A DNA stretch of 64,000 nt from Octopus vulgaris (Eukaryota): NCBI GenBank assembly GCA_951406725.2, contig OX597814.1, positions 67,456,001 to 67,520,000 on the forward strand, in the 5' to 3' direction. How positions within the stretch are numbered: the first letter of the stretch is position 1; each line of letters starts with the position of its first letter. The notes beneath the pieces are model-generated. The model saw only the letters and a list, made by a program, of their open reading frames with translations, did no database searches and was not told where the DNA came from. A program made the position numbers and the translations under genes. Below are positions 55,010 through 64,000 of this stretch, one piece after another.

Positions 55010-55269
55010 GTGTTAACAACAGAATGAGTTCCAGGAAAAGGCAATTGCCTAACTATACAAACTACAGAAAATATCCAGACTCAAGTATTTCAGCTTATAA
55101 CCCACGTAGACATAGCAACTGGGCTGAAAAGTTTATCCAAACTTTAGACACATTAATGCTTTCCAGAGCCTTTAGAAGATCACCAATACGCAGAAAAATG
55201 CGAAGACTTAAACCTATTATGCTGGATTTCTGTCGACGAGAATCCAAAGGAAAATGGGCTGTCTTTTAA
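55010..55269 (+). CDS. Probable last coding exon, basic C-terminus (xVNNRMSSRKRQLP...RRSPIRRKMRRLKP...KWAVF*)
   Basis: atatttcag|GTGTT; phase-1 entry puts it in frame with ORF 55024-55269; donor CAG|gtaata at 55295, 26 nt after the stop; no TE-like motifs. Confidence 0.6.
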
Positions 55270-55543
55270 AGCTAAACCTTGTTCAATTATTTCAGGTAAT
55301 AGTATTATGCAATTTTGGCTTTACGACCATCACCTGTTTAACCTTATTTTCCTTGTCTGTTGCAACACCCCTGTTCTCTCTTTCTTCTCTTAGATCTCTC
55401 TCATTCTTCTCTCGACTCTCTCTTTCTCTATCTCTCTCTCTTTCTGCGTGTGTGTATGTATATATATTTAACTTCCGGTATGCGGAGCTTTCAACTGCTA
55501 GTACTTGCTTCTACAAGATGTTTGCAAAAAATCTTTATATCGT

Positions 55544-55822
55544 ATATAAAGATTTTTTGCAAACATCTTGCAGAAGCAAGTACTAGCAGTTGAAAGCTCC
55601 GCATACCGGAAGTTAACAAGTTTATGGGATCATCAGTAGAGAATGCGCGCCGTTTCAGGGACGGCATAAATGCATACCAGCTCACCTTACTGAAATGAGG
55701 CCTCGCTTACAAGATCAACTGATTATTGTTTCGCTCAATATTTTTCTAGCCATTCCTCATCATTACGTTTTAATCAAATCCAGTGGTCTGCATTCTCCAC
55801 TGTAGTCTGGATATCATTCATG
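55544..55822 (-). mobile_element. 3' fragment of the same Hero-like LINE
   Basis: Homologous to 33040-33320. Confidence 0.85.
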
Positions 55823-56439
55823 GGAATTTCAATTTTGAGCCAATTTGATATTCAGAGTAGTTTTAAATGCTGTATTTCTACATTCTACAGTCACTGCCAG
55901 GTCTATATACTTTCAGATTATAAACAGTTTTATACAGTTTTCAACTTAGTGATAACAAATTATTCTGGTTCAAAAATTGAAAAAAAATTTGCCCTGTTTT
56001 TGACCTCCTGTGCTACACAAGAAAACAGGTTCTTGAGGAAGTAAATACGATTTCAAACACCACTGTAAGATTAGAGAAGATGGGATGCTCACCAACCGTT
56101 GTTATTAAGTAATAGTTGCCTAAACCAAAATTTTTAAAAGTAGTTCCTAAGACAGGGATTTTTGCAATTTTCAGTTGGCATTTTTTCTACATTGGCTGAG
56201 TTAAAACCATTGATGTTTAATGCTTGAGAGACATGAGATGGTGGGGATTAAAGAAACATACTTTCCAAGGCATGGTATCAAACCAATTTGGAATAATGGC
56301 TTCCTAAAAAAAAATCAAATTTTCGAAAATTTCAGAAATGAAACCTTTAAATGACTATGTATTCTGACTTGTAACAGCTTCAGAGCTGAAATTTTCTGGA
56401 AATACTCCTCTCTTGGATACTACATGGATACTACATGGA

Positions 56440-57520
56440 TACTAACAAATGGTGTAGATTTGAAGAAAATACGTGAAATCCGACTCAACAAACTCAAAGG
56501 CTCCTTCACAATGCAGAAATACCCCTTAGGATTAATTAAGGAAAGAATTAAAAAAGCGATGAAATCGAACATCACACAACTACGGACACCAAAGGAAAAA
56601 GTTAATGAGAACACGATTCCGTTCGTTAACACACACAATCCTGGAATAACCAACATCTTTCACGTCATAAAATCGAACTTACCTGTACTCCTACAAAGCC
56701 CCAAAATGAAAAATCTGATTGTAAAAACAACTTACGGAATAGTTGACGCCAACCAAAAAAATCTTAAAAACACCTTACAGGGGCAGAATTCAAATGGGAG
56801 AATGAATCAGAATTCTTAGTAAAAGAATGTGGAGATAGGTGATGTCGATCATGCAACAACAATTTTAAATACTTAGAAAGTAGTTCCCACATAAAATTCA
56901 AGAGCGGATCCCTTTTCAAAATAAATATAGATATGAACTGCAAAACGCAAAACCTTATATACTGCATTACCTGCCCAAAGTGCAAAGAAAATTACATTGG
57001 CGAAACAAATATTTCCCTCTACCAACAGGCAACATCTCCGACAAGAGAAATTGCGCAAGGTCCAATTAAGCAAGCATCTGGAAATATGCAACGACGGAAA
57101 ATTCAAAATTTTTCCCTTTTGCAAATGTGCATGGGACAATCTGCAATAACGAAAAGTAATGGAACTACATTTCATCAAAACATTCTCTCCAAAATTGAGT
57201 GTTTGAAAGACAAGCGAAGACAGTACATTTTGTATTCTAAAATATAACTCAAATATTGGAAACCTAATGCTCATCTCTGTAAATATTCGTCAAAAATTTT
57301 CTCCAGAATTGAATGTTTGAAAGAAAAGCGTAGACAGTAGATTTTGTATTCTAAATATAACTCAAAGAGGAGAAAAAGAAAGAGGAAACAAGAAAGAAAG
57401 AGAAGAAAAAATAGTTCAACCGTAGCAAACCCGAAAGACACCTCTCAGACTTGTTAATGGTTACAGAAAATACGATGTCACTGGGAACTGAAGACGCTTG
57501 AAGTGAAATAACTTATTTGA
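56440..57520 (+). mobile_element. Penelope-like fragment (RT tail + GIY-YIG), possible terminal hammerhead 57488-57517
   Basis: IPFVNTHNP, MNCKTQNLIYCITCPKCKENYIGET. Confidence 0.8.
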
Positions 57521-57534
57521 TGAGATGAAGAGAA

Positions 57535-58380
57535 CGTGTGAAATGAAAATATCTCCGTTGGCACAACGAATCATAAGGTTGCTTCGATCACATGAGCCCA
57601 AAGAGTTTTGACAGTTAGTCTTTTACGCTCACAGAGCTTTGGTGCATTCAAGTGTAGTAGGTTGCTTTTACTTTCAGTTGCAGATTGTGAGTGGGGACAG
57701 CATTGGATTGAATAGAATCGAGAAACTCTGTCGGGTAGCTGGTGGCATTATTAACGTCATCAACATGAACTGACTTGTACCATCTGGATTGGGATGGTAC
57801 CTGTTGAATAATGGAGTATGAATACCCTGCACAATATCATTTTTGGGATCAATGTTGGCACGTTTAGGAAATCACGCACAGTTTTCAAAAGTCTTTGAAA
57901 AGCTACGATAAACTTTCAACAGAATATTTTCAGATATGTTGATTATTGTTCTACATCTGTTTGGCATTTTTGCATTTTCACACGTCCGCGAGTAAATTAT
58001 TTTTGACTCCAACACCTCAATTAAATGCACTTCTTATATTATTAGAAAGTGAAGTTTTTCATCACTTCTTCAAATGTAGGTTTTGGTTACCTGGAAAAGT
58101 TTGTGCGAAATCAGCAGAAAGTAAGACTGTGATTTCACCTATGATAGTGCTACCTCTGCGATCGAGAGTTTCGAAAGCCTGTGAAACATTGGCTAGAACT
58201 CATTTCATGCTCTCACCTAAGCTTAGCTCACGACCTCTTTCTACCCATATACTTGCCCGTATTTCACACGGAACAGCCATTTGTACGAATTTGAATGAAA
58301 GCTTAAAAGCAGAATGACCAATCGTCTCTTCCGTGAGAAAAGTTATAATTCCGGATGAGGTCACGGAATCAGCAACTTGT
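57535..58380 (-). pseudogene. Decayed Pif1-family helicase of an autonomous Helitron
   Basis: SVTSSGI..GHSAFKL, VLLSADFAQTFP, RANIDPKND, YPTEFLDSI..PTHNLQLKV, PKLC..RL.VK.L..HVIEA. Confidence 0.75.
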
Positions 58381-58418
58381 TTCAGTAAACAAATATTTAG
58401 CTAAAACTGAGTTGCTCA

Positions 58419-58419
<1 letters not shown>

Positions 58420-58464
<45 letters not shown>

Positions 58465-58810
58465 ATAATAATAATAATAATAGTAATAATAATAATAATT
58501 TCTTTTATTTGCCACCAGGGCGAAAGATGAGAGGACCAATGCAAAGACAAAGTGTTGGGGTTTACATACAATGAAATTATACATATATAGTAAAAAGAGG
58601 AAAGTATACACGGTATACAATAAAAGACGGCAAGTATATAAACTATACAACAGTAAAATAGAAGAAAATGGAAAGGAGGATAATAGTGATGTAGTCCTCC
58701 TAATATAGGAGGATCTCTAGGGATAATCGAGAAACTCCAAAGGCAAGTGCCCTCTCCAGTTCCTTTTCTCCGATTCACAGGTCTACACTTAGAGCGGTAC
58801 CATTAATATC
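58420..58810 (-). mobile_element. Tx1/L1-like 3' end with (ATT)n(AGT)n tail
   Basis: GCCCTGGTGGCAAATAAAAG terminus like 2283-2302 and 27121-27140. Confidence 0.55.
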
Positions 58811-58961
58811 TGTACCTTAATAAATTTTGTTGTATCTGTTGCTTGTACTCCATTATCCAAATATACATATTTGCATGCAAGAGTTTTACCGACTGAATGC
58901 AAAATTCAAAATGATTTTATGGAAATTGATAAATTCCACTTATCATTATTTTATTTTACAG

Positions 58962-59128
58962 AGAATTAAGCTCCTGCGAACCACGAATGAAACAAGATAC
59001 CCTCATACAGAAGAGACATTGATAGTGCGTGTTTTTCTACTAAATACCCTAATTGCTGGGGCTCAACCTTATTAAGCCTCCGAAATGTAGATTTTTAATA
59101 CTATATAACTCAAATATAAATTAATAAA
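58962..59128 (+). other. Candidate 3' UTR exon with AATAAA
   Basis: ttttattttacag acceptor at 58961 and AATAAA at 59123-59128; needed to pair with the donor at 55295, but weakly supported in AT-rich DNA. Confidence 0.25.
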
Positions 59129-59439
59129 GAAGTTCTCTTTATTGAAGCAAATTTCCGTTGTTTAGTCTTTTTAATTGTAAGTAAAATTTAATTAAAAAGT
59201 TATTATATGATTTATTATCACAAGGTCATGGCTGAGCTTTTGTAGAAGAGACAGTTTCGATAGAAACACATCCATTTCGTTAATAAAACATGTTTTTATG
59301 AAGTTATTCACTGAAGCCACTTGCACTTCTCACATCTTCATAGTTTGGCTGGAAAACATTCTGGTTTCAATGAGATGAAAATTTGATAGAATATAATTTA
59401 CAAACATTATTATAATGAATAACGCCCAAGAAAATTCAC

Positions 59440-59553
<114 letters not shown>

Positions 59554-59664
59554 TTGTCTGGTTGCCTGTCTGTCTCTAGATCTACATATGTATGTATATA
59601 TATATATGTATGTGTGTGTACGCGTGCGCGCGCGCATTATATTATATGTATGTACTATATATGC

Positions 59665-60522
59665 AGACGTGGATGAACGGAATAGCTGTGTAGTAAAAAG
59701 TTTGCTTCTCAACTATAGGGTTCCGTCCTACTGTGTGACACCATGGGCAAATTTCTTCTACTATAGCCCCGGACCGACCAAAGTCTTTTGAGTACATTTG
59801 GTAGACGGAAACTGAAAGAGACCTGCCGTGTATACATACGTATGTGACTATATGTGTTTGTGATTGTCCTGGAACACAGCTTGACAATCGGTGTTTCGTA
59901 CGTCACCGTAACCTAGCAGTCCAGCAAAAGTAAAACGAGAGAATAAATGATAGCCTGAAAAGAATAAAAGTACTGGAATTTATTTCTTCAATTAAAAAAC
60001 GCCTCAAGGCATGACAGAAGCAAGTAGATTATATCTATGCAGTGGGGACGATTTGTTCGACTAAAATTCTTCTATCTTCTAGGCGGCGCCCCTGGATGGC
60101 TGCACTTTGATGACTAAAACAAGTAACACACACATGTATGTATGTATATTTGTGTGAGTGTGCGTGTGTGTAGAGACACAGGTGTGGCTGTGCAAATAGG
60201 CGCAGGCGTGGCTATGTCGTAAGAAGCTTGCTTCCTAACCACATGGTTACAGGTTCAGTCCCACTACGCGGCATCTTGGGCAAATGTCTTCTATAGCAAT
60301 GTTCCTCAACCGGGGTCCATATAAAATTTATGTGCAATAAATTGCTTATACTTCTACAATGTTTCTTTTTAAATACAATTCCTAATAATATTCAATTATA
60401 AAAATGTAGCAGGGTACTTTTTATATACATTGATAGAAAAATGATTGAGAACCACTGTTCTATAGCCTCGGGCAGATGCATGCTTTGTGAATGGATTTGG
60501 TTGACGAAACCTGAAAGAAGCC

Positions 60523-60586
<64 letters not shown>

Positions 60587-60960
60587 AGGGAGAGTGTGTA
60601 TTTGTGTGTGTGTGTGTGTGTGTGTATGTTTGCGCGCGCGTGTGGATCTAGTATTTTTCATTCCCAAAATGAGCCCCGATTTATTCTTTATAAGTCCAGT
60701 ACTTATTCTATCGGACTCTTTTGCCGAACCGCTATTTTACGGAGACACAAACACACAAACATTAGTTGTCAAGCGATGGAGGACAAACACAGACACACAG
60801 ACACACTCACATATTTTACTTGTTTCAATCATTTGATTGCAGCCAAATTGGAGCACCGTCTCGAACTGTTTTTTAGTCGAACAAATCGACCCAAGAACTT
60901 TTTATTCTTTTTAAGCCTAGTACTTATTCTTAGTGATGGGGACGTAAACAAGCCTACACA
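59665..60960. mobile_element. Cluster of SINE family A copies in both orientations
   Basis: Heads at about 59665 and 60180-60200 (+), tail at about 60660-60960 (-). Confidence 0.75.
60297..60457. mobile_element. hAT-type MITE nested in a SINE
   Basis: Termini CAATGTTCCTCAA / TTGAGAACCACTG with 8-bp TSD TTCTATAG (60289-60296, 60458-60465). Confidence 0.85.
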
Positions 60961-61419
60961 AGTAAAAGATCTGAAAATCGGCTATAATAATGAAGTCTTC
61001 CAGTTTTATTGCTTTGAAGGTATGATGTCGTGGAGAAAAAAATAGGAAAAAAGAGTTATAGAGGTTTAAAGATCGGAAAAACTGTATTTTTAGCCAATAG
61101 TGAGACAGAAATTTTCTGCAGTTGGTGGAGCGGTATCAACGTTAAGGTTGTACCCTGTTCATTGTAGGTTTCTAAATAAACAGAAATGCCTAACAAAATC
61201 AACAAATATCATCTTACTGTTTCTTTTGTCTCTAAGTTTTTATTATTTTTTAAAAATTTGTCATACTAATATATTTGTCTGCATATGTTTACCGTATGCG
61301 TATTTCAGTATTACGTATACCTGTCATGTATTTGTGGGAAAGGAAAAGACCAGATCCATCATGGGAGCGATTTGTTCGACTAAAGCAATGCTCCAGCAAG
61401 GCCGCAGTCAAATGTCCAA

Positions 61420-61467
<48 letters not shown>

Positions 61468-61665
61468 TTGATATAGATATATATGTGTGTATGCGCGCAC
61501 GCGTGTGTGTGTGATGAAAACAGTTGAAAAGACTTCACACAATGAAGATAATATGAATAAAGATAACGTGTCACTGACGTTTCCAACGTCAGTCGATCTG
61601 AAAGACAACACGGAGATAAAGGCGGGGTACTACGACTCAGTGTGTGTACGCGAAGTGTCTGGTGT

Positions 61666-61700
<35 letters not shown>

Positions 61701-61972
61701 TGTGAGTATGTGTGTATGTGAGTGTGTGTGTGTGTGGTTGTGTGTATATGTGTGTGTTTGCCAATGTGCGCCTACTTGTTCGTGGGTTGCTTGTGAGCAC
61801 GTATTTTAAGCAGTCAGCGCAAAGGCGGCTGTCGATGTCTATGCATGAAATGCACGCGTGCGCGTGTGTGTGTGGTATGACAATATACATACCAGTGGTG
61901 GAGTGCGCTCGTCTTATTAGGTGGAATAGTGTGTATTATTTTGTCTGTCTCATATAGTGGGAAAATGTCATT

Positions 61973-62019
<47 letters not shown>

Positions 62020-62240
62020 TGTTTGTATGTATGTGTGTCTGATCTTTATACTTAGATGTATACATTCACACGCATATGCGTAAACAAGTTGTATATGTTT
62101 TCATAAATAACGGGATCATCGCAATAAGTGAGATTGGCAAAATAACGTTGGCATTCTCCCGTTACGGGATTCTGTACAGTATGTATACAACATAACTGCT
62201 GATGACTACTGTATGATACGTGAAGGTACATGCCCTGTAG

Positions 62241-62289
<49 letters not shown>

Positions 62290-62329
62290 GCATCATCATC
62301 ATCATCATCATCATCTACAATATGGGAAG

Positions 62330-62970
62330 TTTTAAAGGCTAGTGCTGATTTTTTTTTAAACAAAGTTCCTAGTAGGCAAACAGTTCTTAAAAAGCTCAGT
62401 TTTACCAACATGGTACACTTGTTCTAGTCTTTGGCCTCCTTCAGCAATAATTTTCTTCATTTTTCTTAAGACAAAGGGTACTAGCCCCTGTGTCCTTATT
62501 GGCAGCTTCACCGGTCGTTTAACGTCGCACAAATTAAGGCGCCGCTTATATCTTTCAAACCAGCCTTCTCTACCAAGAAAAGGTTTTGCATAAGGAATTG
62601 CATCTTCCACAATTTGAAAATCGTCATAGAAACATTTATCTTTTGGGTGATCGTCGTGTTTATTTCCACGTTGAGTCCAGTCTGATTATTGATCCACACG
62701 CTCGGGATCGATTCCATTTTAAGGATTGGATCTTCAGGCCTATGGGGGGGGGACATTGTCCGGGGACCTCACGGAATAGTTACTTGAGAACTTGACCTAA
62801 TTTTGTTATTTTCACGTGTTATTCTCACTGTAGACGGTATGCTTTAATGTTTTTAAAATAGGGCTGAGTTTTCATGCGCATGAACAAACCTTCGTAAAAC
62901 ATCAAGTTCAATGTCAACTCCTTTTCGTACTGTTGCCTTCAATCCCGCTTGAAAGTCTCTGACCTGTCAT
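62330..62970 (-). mobile_element. pogo/Tigger (CENP-B-like) transposase fragment
   Basis: FLGREGWFERYKRRLNL, GEAAN, KKIIAEGG..EQV..VGKTELF. Confidence 0.7.
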
Positions 62971-64000
62971 ATTTAATAATGATAACGTAATTTACCTTAC
63001 CATAATTTATTCTCACAGAAGCGATGATAGACGAGAAATCCACACCAAAGAGTAAAATATTAGTGATGTTCTACGTTGGCCAATAGTACTTGACATTACT
63101 TCGGATGCAAACATATAATAAAACGCAAGTAATGAGTAGGATTAAGCGGGAAAAAGTTCTGTTTGATTAAAGTTAGTAGCAAAATACAGGTCAGGTGAAT
63201 TGGTGCACACAGAAACAAGGTGAGAGCCAGTCGATAAGGTAGCGAGTAGACGATGGCAAGTATATTGTGATCAATGAAACACAAAGACAATTGGATTAGG
63301 GAACAGACAGGGAAGATGGCGGATCAGGAAACGCGTAAGTGCCGGTGCGCTTCGAAGAGAAATACGCAGAGTTAGTTTTTATCTTTTTCCATAAGCGCGA
63401 AATTATTTTGTTTGAATCTAAAAATTAGTGTTCATACCTTACAGTTTGCGTAAGCACGAGTGATTCCTGTATTTTCTATATATATATATATATGGGGGAC
63501 GGGACAGGAGAAGAGAGATGGGATGGGGAGGGAGATGTGGGGGAGAGTGAAATGTGTAATTCTTAAAAACTAAGTTTTTCCTTCCGTTACTTAACCCGTC
63601 TGTAACGCTTTCATGTGATGAGTTGAAGGGAAAGAAAGAGAAAGAGGAAGAGTGTAATGTATTAAGTCGATAAAATTGTGCTTGAAGTATATAAAGCGTA
63701 TACATATTTATCAATGATTAGCAGATGAGCGACTATCTTTTCATTCAGACACAACACAGGCTACGCTTTCAAGTTCTTTGGTTAAAGTTTTCAGAAATAA
63801 CCCAATAGCTTTACAATTAATTCCGTGAAATATTCACGGGTCTTGCTAGTATTAAATATTGGTTTTATTCTTAGGTGTTTATACACCAAAGAATGAAACC
63901 ACCTATGATATCAGCTAATGTACTAAATTTACTAATGTACTAAATTTACTAATGTACTGTACAACAGAAATACCTTCTCTCTACACACGAGGCTAATTAT

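Noticed and set aside
63915-63957. 17-bp tandem repeat; also short duplications at 43118-43170 and 57171-57366
   Set aside because: Simple local slippage duplications with no spacers; not CRISPR-like.

Overview
AT-rich, microsatellite-saturated eukaryotic DNA, most likely octopus or another coleoid cephalopod (inferred from the SINE families and repeat landscape). Most six-frame ORFs are microsatellite read-throughs or transposon fragments. Hidden under the repeats is one + strand host gene that the ORF track largely misses. It has about 12 short, frame-preserving phase-1 exons (mostly exactly 54 or 78 nt), each encoding an acidic module ending near E-x-[ED]-x-P, followed by an Arg/Lys-rich terminal coding exon at 55010-55269; its 5' end lies upstream of the window. 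The introns hold a full-length Gypsy LTR element (5-bp TSD, PBS matching the 5' end of tRNA-Phe), a full-length mariner and a Hero/R2-group LINE. That LINE's whole 3' UTR is repeated at its 5' end and contains a non-circularly permuted hammerhead-like motif. Also present are Penelope-like, RTE, Tx1/L1, R4, MULE, pogo and Helitron remnants, many SINEs, about 20 hammerhead-ribozyme motifs (mostly antisense to the gene) and about 10 local foldback inversions beside microsatellites. All calls are by eye, without database searches.
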